Positions 47,930-57,165 of a stretch of DNA of 58,621 nt are shown here, piece after piece (positions within the stretch are counted from its first letter, which is position 1; the number at the start of each line of letters is the position of its first letter). The notes below the pieces were generated by a model. The model saw nothing but the letters and a program-made list of their open reading frames with translations, ran no database searches and was not told where the DNA came from. Position numbers and translations under genes: made by a program. The stretch covers positions 1 through 58,621 of IMG/VR virus record IMGVR_UViG_3300032321_001507; one strand, written 5' to 3'. The stretch comes from a virus (taxonomy: Duplodnaviria; Caudoviricetes).

Positions 47930-49228
47930 ATGAAACCTATAAAAAACCAATACATAGATCTTAAAGAAGGCAAAATGACAGAATCGCAATTTATGCGTAA
48001 TGTTAGAATGTCTTTACCTCAATATATTAGTAATATAACTTTATTTAAACAAGCTGAAAGAATCTTGATTAATAAAGGTATTATAACTGAAGCTGAAAAA
48101 AATATTGATCCTGCTGAATTAAAATTAGGTATTAAAATAGAAATGGATCATGGCAGTAGTAATGAAGAAGCAAAACAAATTGCTATAAATAATTTAAATA
48201 AAGATCCTAAACATTATTCAAATTTAGAATCACCTAAAGAAGAATATCAATTTGATGATCTTGAAAAACCAAAAGATATTATTTCAAAACAAGATGCAGA
48301 TTCAAATCTTAATAAAGCTAATCCTAGAGATGGATTTACATTAGGATATTTTGAAGAAAGTATAGACCCAGCTGATGAAGTTGAATTAGAAAATATTGTA
48401 TCTAAATATGTTAAAGATGCTAATGATATTTCTAAAGAAATGGATGCTTATTCTGAAAAGGGATTTAGAGGATTTTCTGATGTAGTACAAGCTAATTTAA
48501 ATAGAGATGAAGATTTTAAATCATGGGTACAACGTACACACGATAAAGAACAATTTAGAAAAGAAACATCAGAAGCATTAAACGAAGCTGAAATTAAAGA
48601 TAGCTTTAAAGGATATTACAACCAAGATGGTAAAGAACAATATGCTCATTTTGATGAATTAGATAACATGAATGCTCAAGAAATAATGGCAGGATATGTT
48701 ATGGAAAAAATTGATAATCCTAATATAGATCAAAAAGAAGCTATTAAATTAATTATTAAAAATCTTAAAAAAGATCAATTCTACTATACTAATTATAAAT
48801 TAACAGGTATTCGTGGTGTTGAACCAACTGAATTCACTTCTACAAAACGTAAAGCTGGATTTGATAAAGAAGAAGAAGTATCTAAAAAAGCAGATAATGT
48901 TGTAGATACTAAAAACGCAACTAAAGTAATTAAAGAAGGATTAGACAATAGAGATATTGCAAGTCAAATCTGGGATGAATTACAAAACATGGGTTCATAT
49001 AATGATACCGATATTGATTTAAAAATCAAAAAACGCGGACTAGATGGTCCTGATGCTGAAGCAGTAAGAATGATTATTTTCGATAAAGATAGAGAAGATA
49101 TGAATGAAGAATATAAACTTTTACCTGATCCATCAAAAGTAAAATTGAAAGAGTTAGTGCGTAAAATGATGAAAGAAATGTTCGACGGTCGCGATAACGT
49201 AACTGACGTAACAGGTGAAAATAACTAA
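47930..49228 (+). CDS. head-associated protein with DUF5661-like repeats
   Basis: ELKLGIKIEMDH..A..IA..NL..DPKHY and a second degenerate copy; many LxE sites. Confidence 0.7.
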   Translation: MKPIKNQYIDLKEGKMTESQFMRNVRMSLPQYISNITLFKQAERILINKGIITEAEKNIDPAELKLGIKIEMDHGSSNEEAKQIAINNLNKDPKHYSNLESPKEEYQFDDLEKPKDIISKQDADSNLNKANPRDGFTLGYFEESIDPADEVELENIVSKYVKDANDISKEMDAYSEKGFRGFSDVVQANLNRDEDFKSWVQRTHDKEQFRKETSEALNEAEIKDSFKGYYNQDGKEQYAHFDELDNMNAQEIMAGYVMEKIDNPNIDQKEAIKLIIKNLKKDQFYYTNYKLTGIRGVEPTEFTSTKRKAGFDKEEEVSKKADNVVDTKNATKVIKEGLDNRDIASQIWDELQNMGSYNDTDIDLKIKKRGLDGPDAEAVRMIIFDKDREDMNEEYKLLPDPSKVKLKELVRKMMKEMFDGRDNVTDVTGENN

Positions 49229-49232
49229 AAAT

Positions 49233-49844
49233 ATGAATAAGCAATTATTAGTTGATCACACCCCCTTTCATATAGCTAAACTAACACTATCTGAAGCTAA
49301 AATAGCAGGTGATGGTCGTATGCGTATTAGAGGTAAATTGCAAGAAGCCGAAGTAAAAAACGGTAATGGTCGTGTTTATCCAAAAAATATTTTAGAACAA
49401 CAAATTGAAAAATATATTCAAGGTCCTGTAAAAAGTAATACAGCAATGGGTGAATTAGATCATCCTGAATCTTCAATTGTAAATTTAAATAACGTTTCTC
49501 ATAACATTACTAAAGTATGGTGGGACGGAAATAATGTAATGGGTGAATTAATATTACTAAACACCCCAGCAGGTAAAATTGCTCAAGAATTAATTTCAGC
49601 AGGTATTCCATTAGGTATTTCATCTCGTGGTATGGGTTCAGTACGCCAAATCGGTGAAACTGTTGAAGTACAAGACGATTTTGAATTATTATGTTGGGAT
49701 TTAGTTTCAGTACCATCAACACCTAATGCATATATGACATTATCTGAATCAAAACAATTTCAATCAATACAAGATTATAGTAAAGTTAATTCTTTACTAA
49801 CCGAAATTATATGTAACAATACAGGCGTTTGCCCGCTTTGCTAA
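49233..49844 (+). CDS. gp21: prohead core protease (gp21-like)
   Basis: NGNGRVYP, GELDHP, VSHNI, GISSRGMGS, DLVSVPSTPNA; start ATG 49233. Confidence 0.95.
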   Translation: MNKQLLVDHTPFHIAKLTLSEAKIAGDGRMRIRGKLQEAEVKNGNGRVYPKNILEQQIEKYIQGPVKSNTAMGELDHPESSIVNLNNVSHNITKVWWDGNNVMGELILLNTPAGKIAQELISAGIPLGISSRGMGSVRQIGETVEVQDDFELLCWDLVSVPSTPNAYMTLSESKQFQSIQDYSKVNSLLTEIICNNTGVCPLC

Positions 49845-49882
49845 TATAATAAGAACCCCTCCTTGGATAGTATCCCTGGACC

Positions 49883-49914
49883 AAGCGCTTCCTTAAAAAG
49901 AAGCGCTTTTTTTT
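49883..49914 (+). terminator. intrinsic terminator
   Basis: AAGCGCTTC-N8-GAAGCGCTT then T-tract. Confidence 0.8.
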
Positions 49915-50053
49915 ATGTTTCTTTATATTTGTATATATTTATGCTCAAGACCACAATGCATCACTAGATCTGTGTGATGCGGTAATTTATTAACTTACCT
50001 ATTAAGATTCATAATAATCTTATTTTCCGTAAAAAATTTAAGGAACAAAACAA

Positions 50054-51085
50054 ATGACAAACAAAGATTTATTCAAGGAAGCCATTGCTGACGCTAAACA
50101 AGTACGTGAAGCGGCTCTAGCTAATGCAAAAGTTGCTTTAGAAGAAGCACTTACTCCAAGACTTCAATCTATGCTATCTACTAAACTTCAAGAAATGGAT
50201 GATGAAGGTGAAATCGAATCTGATATCGCATCTGCAATGGAAGAAGAAAATGTAGGTGGATACACAGATGAAGAAGAAATGGAAGAAGGATTTAAAACTG
50301 CTCAAGGTCAATGGAACGCCGAAGACGATTCAGATACCTTAGAAGAAGATTTTGATTTATCTGAAATTTTAGCTGAGCTAGAAGCTGAAGATAAAGAAGA
50401 AATGAAAGAAGCTGAAGACGGTGAAGAAAAAACCGACGAAGAAGAAGAAGCAGGTGAAGAAGAAGAAGCTGGTGAAGAAGCTGAAGAAGAAGTAGAAGTT
50501 AAAGATTTAACTGTTGATGAATTAAAAGATATTATTAAAGATATCGTTAATCAAGAATTAGAATCTGAAGAATACGAATCTGAAGAAGAAGAAGCCGGTG
50601 AAGAAGAAATGATTGATTTAGGTGGTGAAGAAGAAATGATGGAAGAAATTAATTTAGAAGAATTATTAGCTGAATTAGATGCTTTAGAAGAAACTGAACA
50701 AGTTGAAGAAGCAAAAAATGCTAAAGAAGATGATGAATTAAAAGAAGCTATTGACACTATCAATACTTTACGTGTTGAATTACAAGAAGTTAATTTATTA
50801 AATGCTAAATTACTTTATGTAAATAAAATCTTCAAAGCTAAAAACTTAACTGAATCACAAAAAGTAAAAGTTATTGCTTCGTTCGACAAAGCAACAACTG
50901 CAAAAGAAGCTAAAATTATATTTGAATCTTTAGAGTCTACATTAACTGCAACATCAGGTAATAAAACTCAAATTAAAGAATCATTAGGATTCGCTTCAAA
51001 AGCTGCTGGTGTAGCACCTAAGAAACAAATCGTTGAAGTAAACGATAACATTTCTAGAATGCAAATGCTAGCAGGTATTAAATAA
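50054..51085 (+). CDS. prohead scaffolding protein (gp22 analogue)
   Basis: very acidic coiled coil between protease and MCP; many LxE sites; C-terminal RMQMLAGIK. Confidence 0.85.
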   Translation: MTNKDLFKEAIADAKQVREAALANAKVALEEALTPRLQSMLSTKLQEMDDEGEIESDIASAMEEENVGGYTDEEEMEEGFKTAQGQWNAEDDSDTLEEDFDLSEILAELEAEDKEEMKEAEDGEEKTDEEEEAGEEEEAGEEAEEEVEVKDLTVDELKDIIKDIVNQELESEEYESEEEEAGEEEMIDLGGEEEMMEEINLEELLAELDALEETEQVEEAKNAKEDDELKEAIDTINTLRVELQEVNLLNAKLLYVNKIFKAKNLTESQKVKVIASFDKATTAKEAKIIFESLESTLTATSGNKTQIKESLGFASKAAGVAPKKQIVEVNDNISRMQMLAGIK

Positions 51086-51122
51086 TTAAATTAAAAATAT
51101 AAACAAACAATCTTAAATTACG

Positions 51123-52754
51123 ATGAACGTAGAACAATTATTAGAATCATCTAACCAATTTAAGCAGGTATCTGACGATGCAAAACGTCTATCTGATAAA
51201 TGGGTTAAGTCAGGATTATTAGAAGGTATTTCTGGTAAAACTGAAGCCAACACAATGGCAATGTTGCTTGAAAATCAAGCAAAACAATTAATTACTGAAG
51301 GTAACGTAACCGGTGGTACTACTAGCATGTCTGGTGGTTCTTACAACTCAGAAAACTGGGCAGGTGTAGCTTTACCATTAGTTCGCCGTGTATTCGGTCA
51401 AATCGCTGCTAAAGAATTCGTTTCTGTTCAGCCGATGAACTTACCTTCAGGTCTAGTATTTTATCTAGATTTTAAATATGGTACCAATAAAAATCCTTAT
51501 GTTGCTGGTGATTCACTTTACGGTGCTGACGCTACAACTAACGCAACTGACATTACTAAAGGTTTATACGAAGCTGGTAAATTTGGTTACTCATTGAACT
51601 CTGCAACTGCTTCTGTAAATATTCAAACAGGTTCAGTAGCTTTTTCTGATGTTAACTTTGATGGTGCTTATGTAGCAACTGGTTCATACAAAAAGATATT
51701 TATTACTGGTTCAGCTTATGATTTAGTTACTTCATCATTTGATACCAACGCTGTTCGTTCATTCGGTCTTAGCGCTTCATATGCTGGAACTGGTTTTACT
51801 ACAGAAATTCTTAGTCAATTTACCAAAACTTCAGGTAACAGTTTAGTACTTATTGTAACTGGATCATTACTTAGTACATTCCCAAGTGGAGGTTCAGGTT
51901 CAGCTTTATTAACTTATAATAAAGTAACTACTCCTGCTGCTCGTGGTGATTTTGAAGATGCTTTTGGTTCAGCTACAGGTGCTCAATTATCTCAAGCTCA
52001 ACCTATCTCTATCCCAGAAATTAACGTTCAGTTAAAATCTGAAGCAATCGTTGCTAAAACTCGTAAATTGAAAGCTCAATGGACTCCAGAATTTGCTCAA
52101 GACTTAAACGCTTATCATAGTGTTGATGCTGAAGCAGAATTAACTGGTATCTTATCTCAATACATCTCTATGGAGATTGATATGGAGATCTTAGATTTAT
52201 TAATTCAAAACGCTTTCACCGTTGATTATTGGTCAGCAAGAAATAATGAGGTTTGGAATGGTAGTGCATTTGTACAGGGTACAGCTGCATTCTATAATAC
52301 TCAAGGTGGTTGGTTCCAAACATTAGGAACTAAATTACAGAAAACTTCTAACAAAATTCACCAATTAAGCTTACGTGGTGGTGCTAACTTCTTAGTAGTA
52401 TCTCCTACTGTAGCTACAGTATTAGAATCTATCCCTGGATTCGCTGCTGATGGTGATGGTGAAAAATTAGAATATAACTTTGGTATTCAGAAAATTGGTT
52501 CATTAAACAGCCGTTACAAAGTTTACAAAAATCCATACATGACTGAAAACGTTATTTTATTGGGTTACAAAGGTGCTCAATTCTTAGAAGCAGGTGCGGT
52601 ATTCGCTCCATATGTTCCTTTGATCATGACTCCTTTATTGTACGATCCAGATACATTTACTCCACGTAAAGGTCTTATGACCCGTTACGCGAAGAAAATG
52701 ATCCGTCCGGATTACTTCGGTAAAGTATATGTTGGTGGTTTAGAAACTATCTAA
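51123..52754 (+). CDS. gp23: major capsid protein (gp23-like)
   Basis: LLENQ, LPLVRR, VQPMNLPSGLVFYL, AKTRKLKAQWT.E.AQDL.A.H, APYVPL, FTPRKGLMTRY. Confidence 0.97.
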   Translation: MNVEQLLESSNQFKQVSDDAKRLSDKWVKSGLLEGISGKTEANTMAMLLENQAKQLITEGNVTGGTTSMSGGSYNSENWAGVALPLVRRVFGQIAAKEFVSVQPMNLPSGLVFYLDFKYGTNKNPYVAGDSLYGADATTNATDITKGLYEAGKFGYSLNSATASVNIQTGSVAFSDVNFDGAYVATGSYKKIFITGSAYDLVTSSFDTNAVRSFGLSASYAGTGFTTEILSQFTKTSGNSLVLIVTGSLLSTFPSGGSGSALLTYNKVTTPAARGDFEDAFGSATGAQLSQAQPISIPEINVQLKSEAIVAKTRKLKAQWTPEFAQDLNAYHSVDAEAELTGILSQYISMEIDMEILDLLIQNAFTVDYWSARNNEVWNGSAFVQGTAAFYNTQGGWFQTLGTKLQKTSNKIHQLSLRGGANFLVVSPTVATVLESIPGFAADGDGEKLEYNFGIQKIGSLNSRYKVYKNPYMTENVILLGYKGAQFLEAGAVFAPYVPLIMTPLLYDPDTFTPRKGLMTRYAKKMIRPDYFGKVYVGGLETI

Positions 52755-52777
52755 TCAAACCTAACATAAATTAAAAG

Positions 52778-52812
52778 GAAGGCTGAATCTAACGATTCAG
52801 CTTTCTTTTTTT
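52778..52812 (+). terminator. intrinsic terminator after MCP
   Basis: GAAGGCTGAATC-TAAC-GATTCAGCTTTC then T-tract. Confidence 0.85.
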
Positions 52813-52857
52813 AATATTTATATGGGATAATAAAATTATGTTTATATTAAATGTTTT

Positions 52858-53550
52858 ATGAGTTCTAAACCACACAATGACGTTGTATACGTCCCAAAGC
52901 GCAAGCCAAAAAATCCTATTAATTTTCAAATTTCATTAAATGAAGAACAAAAAGCTGCTAAAGCTAAAATCTTAACCAACACTATAACAGTATTAACAGG
53001 AGGAGCAGGATCAGGTAAAACATTACTAGCTTGTCAAATCGCTCTAGATCAGTTGTTTAATAGAGAAATTGAAAAAATTGTAATAGCACGTCCTGTAATT
53101 ACTTCAGGTGAAGAATTAGGTTTCTTACCTGGTGATATTAAAGAAAAAATGGATCCTTTTGTAGCACCTATATATGAAAATATGTATCGATTATATACAA
53201 AAGACAAAATTGATAAATGTATTCAAGACGGATTAATTGAAATTATACCATTTGCATTTATGCGTGGTAGAAATATATCTAATGCCTTAGTTATTATAGA
53301 TGAAGCACAGAATGTTACTGATAAACAAATGGAGTTAGTAATTACACGTTTATGTACTGGTTCTAAAATGATTATAGTAGGTGACGTACAACAAACCGAC
53401 TTAAAAGATAGAAAAATGTCAGGTTTATATTTTCTAAACAAAGCTATTGCCGGTCATGTACCTGGTACCGGTTCAGTTCATTTAAAAACTAATCATAGAC
53501 ACGAGATAGTTGAACCAATATTAGCTATATACAAAGAAATAAACTCTTAA
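52858..53550 (+). CDS. phoH: PhoH-like ATPase
   Basis: GGAGSGKT, LGFLPGD, FMRGR, IIDEAQN, TRL..GSK....GD..Q.D. Confidence 0.95.
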   Translation: MSSKPHNDVVYVPKRKPKNPINFQISLNEEQKAAKAKILTNTITVLTGGAGSGKTLLACQIALDQLFNREIEKIVIARPVITSGEELGFLPGDIKEKMDPFVAPIYENMYRLYTKDKIDKCIQDGLIEIIPFAFMRGRNISNALVIIDEAQNVTDKQMELVITRLCTGSKMIIVGDVQQTDLKDRKMSGLYFLNKAIAGHVPGTGSVHLKTNHRHEIVEPILAIYKEINS

Positions 53551-53587
53551 TATATTTATATTAGATAAATACTAGTTAAATAAAAAT

Positions 53588-54748
53588 ATGTCAAATATAG
53601 CTATTTGGAATGGAACATCTACTTATACCACAGGTTCAACACCTTTTGGGTTTTATGATAGCGATGCTACATTCCGATCTGAAGCTGATCAAGTAGCCAA
53701 ATGGTGTGCTCAAAGATTAGGATATCCTTTAATTAATGTTGAACTACAATCTGGTTCATTTTATACTGCTTTTGAAGAAGCCATTACAACTTATGGCAAT
53801 GAAGTTTACCAATATAAAGTAAGAGAAAATTACCTCTCAATGGAAGGTAATTCTACAGGTTCTTCATTTAATAATAAGGTAGTTACTCCTAATCTTGGTC
53901 GTGTAATTGCTTTATCTCAAACATATGGCACTGAAGCAGGCGCTGGAGGTAACGTAACATATTATACTGGTTCATTAACATTAACTGAAGGTGTTCAAGA
54001 TTATGATATGGACATATGGGCTTCAGGTAGCGGAATTACAAGTTCAATTGAAATTAAACGTGTATTCTTTGAAAATCCTCCTGCAATCGTAAGATATTTT
54101 GATCCATATGCTGGTACTGGTACTGGTATTCAATCATTACTTGAAACATTTGGTTTTGGTCAAATGTCTCCTGGTATTAACTTCTTATTAATGCCTATAT
54201 TCTTTGATGTACAAAAAATTCAAGCAATTGAACTTAATGATCAAATAAGAAAATCAGCATTCTCTTTTGAATTAGTAAATAATAAATTAAGATTATTTCC
54301 GATACCAACTAACCTTATGGCTGGTTTTAATGATCAATTAAAATTTCATTATATTAAAGTTAATGAAAGGGATAGTGTATTAGATCCTAATGATAAAGGA
54401 AATTCAATAACTAATTTATCTAATGTACCTTATTTCAACCCAGTATATTCTCAAATGAATTCAATTGGTAAAGTATGGATTCGTCAATATACTTTAGCAT
54501 TATCTAAAGAAATGCTAGCATACATTAGAGGAAAATATGGTACTGTACCTGTTCCTGGTGCTGAAGTAACCTTAAATCAAGCAGATTTATTAGCAGATGC
54601 TAGATCAGAGAAAGAAGCTTTATTAACTCAATTAAGAGCAACATTAGATGAAGTTTCACGTAAAGCTCAATTAGAAAAACAATCAATGGAAGCAGAATAT
54701 GCACAGAAAATGTTAGTTAATGCTCCCCTGACTATTTATATAATGTAA
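53588..54748 (+). CDS. gp13: neck protein (gp13-like head-tail adaptor)
   Basis: RLGYPLINVEL; WIRQYTLAL.KE.L...RGKY..VP.PG..VTLN...L. Confidence 0.85.
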   Translation: MSNIAIWNGTSTYTTGSTPFGFYDSDATFRSEADQVAKWCAQRLGYPLINVELQSGSFYTAFEEAITTYGNEVYQYKVRENYLSMEGNSTGSSFNNKVVTPNLGRVIALSQTYGTEAGAGGNVTYYTGSLTLTEGVQDYDMDIWASGSGITSSIEIKRVFFENPPAIVRYFDPYAGTGTGIQSLLETFGFGQMSPGINFLLMPIFFDVQKIQAIELNDQIRKSAFSFELVNNKLRLFPIPTNLMAGFNDQLKFHYIKVNERDSVLDPNDKGNSITNLSNVPYFNPVYSQMNSIGKVWIRQYTLALSKEMLAYIRGKYGTVPVPGAEVTLNQADLLADARSEKEALLTQLRATLDEVSRKAQLEKQSMEAEYAQKMLVNAPLTIYIM

Positions 54749-55080
54749 TGATAAAATTATCTAACATATTATTAGAAGGAATTAATGTTTATTCAATTGA
54801 AGCATTGATAAAAACAACTGCTGGTGAAAATAAAGTAGAAATTTATAATCAAGTAAGAGCACTTTCTGGTATTATTGTTGTTACTGTAGAACACAGTGAT
54901 TTTTTAGATGATAAAGCTACAAATAATTATGAATATTCATTATTAAAAATGAAATACATAGTAAAATCAACTCCCGAAGAAGATATAAACAAAATCAAAA
55001 TAAATGCTCAAAAAATAGTACCAGGATTAGTTCAATTCATTCCTAGAATGAAAACACTAGAAAAGAAAGGAGCATACTAA
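54748..55080 (+). CDS. hypothetical protein with MIKL..E leader
   Basis: MIKLSNILLE; inserted between neck genes. Confidence 0.8.
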   Translation: MIKLSNILLEGINVYSIEALIKTTAGENKVEIYNQVRALSGIIVVTVEHSDFLDDKATNNYEYSLLKMKYIVKSTPEEDINKIKINAQKIVPGLVQFIPRMKTLEKKGAY

Positions 55081-55619
55081 TGAGTTTATTCGGAGAAGCA
55101 CGCGATATATCTTTATTTAGACACATAAATAGAGAATTAATCAACAATATTATTGAACAACAAGTAGGATATTATAAAATTATATTAGACAAAACTACTT
55201 CAAACATGTATGGTGAAGCAAGTGGAACAAAATTTTATTATGATCCAGTATTAATTAATTGTTTAATTGAAAGAACACCTCCAACTTGGGAAAGTGGAGA
55301 TTTCGGTCCTGATGTACAACAAGATTTAACTGTTAGATTTTTAAGAGATGATCTAGCAGGAATTGATTTATCAGTTGAATTTTCAGATGGAACTAAAGGA
55401 TCATTTTATGGAGTTGTACCTGAAGTTGGAGATATTATGACATGGGATAATGATTATTACGAAGTAGATGGTGTTGTTGAAAACCAATATATTATGGGCA
55501 AAAACCCAACATACTCTTTCTCATCAGATAATGATAATTTTGGCAATTCATTATCAATTATAGTATCATCTCATAACGTAAGACCAGAAAGATTAGGATT
55601 TACTCAAGAAAGAATATAA
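55080..55619 (+). CDS. gp14: neck/head-closure protein (gp14-like)
   Basis: N.YGE...K; FG.D; PEVGDI......YYEV; position after gp13. Confidence 0.75.
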   Translation: MSLFGEARDISLFRHINRELINNIIEQQVGYYKIILDKTTSNMYGEASGTKFYYDPVLINCLIERTPPTWESGDFGPDVQQDLTVRFLRDDLAGIDLSVEFSDGTKGSFYGVVPEVGDIMTWDNDYYEVDGVVENQYIMGKNPTYSFSSDNDNFGNSLSIIVSSHNVRPERLGFTQERI

Positions 55620-55622
55620 TAG

Positions 55623-56885
55623 ATGTCTAGAGATTTAAAACCAATACCACGTAATCAATCAGAAGTAACTCAAACTGAGTTGCCACTACCTTATTTAAAT
55701 CAAGGTAGGGCTATTAGTGAAACTACTTTTTCTAAAAATCGTGGTACTGATTATTCTATGAAGGATGATACAGTAAAAGATGTTAGTATTGGTTTAGAAG
55801 ATTTAGATAATGCTGTATTATATTATTTTGAAAACGTTATAAAACCAACCGTTATTCAAAACGGTCAGCGCCTTGCGGTACCTGTTATATACGGCTCACC
55901 TGAGCGTTGGAAAGCGGTTCAAGCCGATGGATTTTACCGTGATAGAAGTGGTAAGTTGATGGTACCTATCATAATGTTTAAACGTGAAGGATTTGATAAA
56001 AATAGAACATTAGGAAATAAATTAGATGGAAATAAAGTACATAATTATCAAGTAGTTGGTACTAAATTTAATCAAAGAAATATATACGATAAATTTTCTG
56101 TTTTAACTAATAGAATTCCTTCCGAACAATTTTATATAAGCCCTGTACCTGATTATCTAACAGTAAATTATAGTTGTATTGTATTTACTGATTTTGTAGA
56201 ACAAAATAATAAAATTGTAGAAGCTATTGAATTTGCTTCTGATTCATATTGGGGAGATCCAAATAGATTTAAATTTAAAGCAAATATAGATAGTTTTTCA
56301 ACTACAACATTATTAGAACAAGGTCAAGATAGAGCTGCTAAAAGTACATTTAATATTAAATTATTTGGTTATATTATTCCTGACACAATAAATAAGGATT
56401 TAGCTACAGCTCGTAGTAAGTTCTATACTAAAGCACAAGTAATATTTGATTTAGAAACTGTAGAAGGAGATATTGATCAATTAAATGTAGCAGCTACTAA
56501 AACACCTAAAAACGTTGTTGGCTCAACATCATTTATTGGTGGTGGAAATAATATTACAAATACTACTATTTCAATTAGTACAGCAGCTGCAGGAGATTTA
56601 ACTTACTTAAATACTAATATAACTAAAATAGCAACTACAGTAACGGCTCCTAATACATCAGTATTTGCAGGAGCTGCAGTATTACAACCAACGGCACTTT
56701 CTACATTACCACCAACAACAGTAAATAATTTTGTATTTTATATTAATGGTCAAAATGTCCCTGCATCTTATGTAACATTAAGTGAAGGTGGAGGCAATGT
56801 TACATTTACATTTAATACTACATCTTTAGGATATGTATTAGAATCAAATGACGAAATAGTAGCAATAGGTAAATTTTCTTCATAA
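55623..56885 (+). CDS. gp15: tail terminator/completion protein (gp15-like) with C-terminal extension
   Basis: VPVIYGSPERW; P..LTVNY.....T...EQ.N.IVE; position after neck genes. Confidence 0.7.
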   Translation: MSRDLKPIPRNQSEVTQTELPLPYLNQGRAISETTFSKNRGTDYSMKDDTVKDVSIGLEDLDNAVLYYFENVIKPTVIQNGQRLAVPVIYGSPERWKAVQADGFYRDRSGKLMVPIIMFKREGFDKNRTLGNKLDGNKVHNYQVVGTKFNQRNIYDKFSVLTNRIPSEQFYISPVPDYLTVNYSCIVFTDFVEQNNKIVEAIEFASDSYWGDPNRFKFKANIDSFSTTTLLEQGQDRAAKSTFNIKLFGYIIPDTINKDLATARSKFYTKAQVIFDLETVEGDIDQLNVAATKTPKNVVGSTSFIGGGNNITNTTISISTAAAGDLTYLNTNITKIATTVTAPNTSVFAGAAVLQPTALSTLPPTTVNNFVFYINGQNVPASYVTLSEGGGNVTFTFNTTSLGYVLESNDEIVAIGKFSS

Positions 56886-57100
56886 TGGCACTTTTAAAAT
56901 TAAAACAATTTCGTAGCAATTTAAGTTATAATACATCAACAAATGTATTAACTGTATCTGGTTCCTTAGTTTCAATCCAATCTAATCCTAATTTTCCTGC
57001 TATTGTAGTATCAGGTTCATTTAATCTAAATGATGCCCCAAATGTAGCATCAGGTTCTATTACCGGAAGTGATGGAACAATTGACGGAGGAGAATTTTAG
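56885..57100 (+). CDS. small virion protein
   Basis: SGS-rich, ends IDGGEF. Confidence 0.7.
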   Translation: MALLKLKQFRSNLSYNTSTNVLTVSGSLVSIQSNPNFPAIVVSGSFNLNDAPNVASGSITGSDGTIDGGEF

Positions 57101-57165
57101 TCATATATTTATACATAGCTTACATAAGCTTTAGTTAAGTATATACTGTATATTATTCCATACAT

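Noticed and set aside
42624-49880. Similar CTCC..GGATA..GT..CCC strings before two terminators (about 42625 and 49859)
   Set aside because: There are only two short, gapped copies, which cannot be distinguished from chance.
42714-52754. Inteins or introns in terminase, portal, MCP or primase
   Set aside because: Lengths are normal, motifs are contiguous, and no splice-junction signatures are seen.
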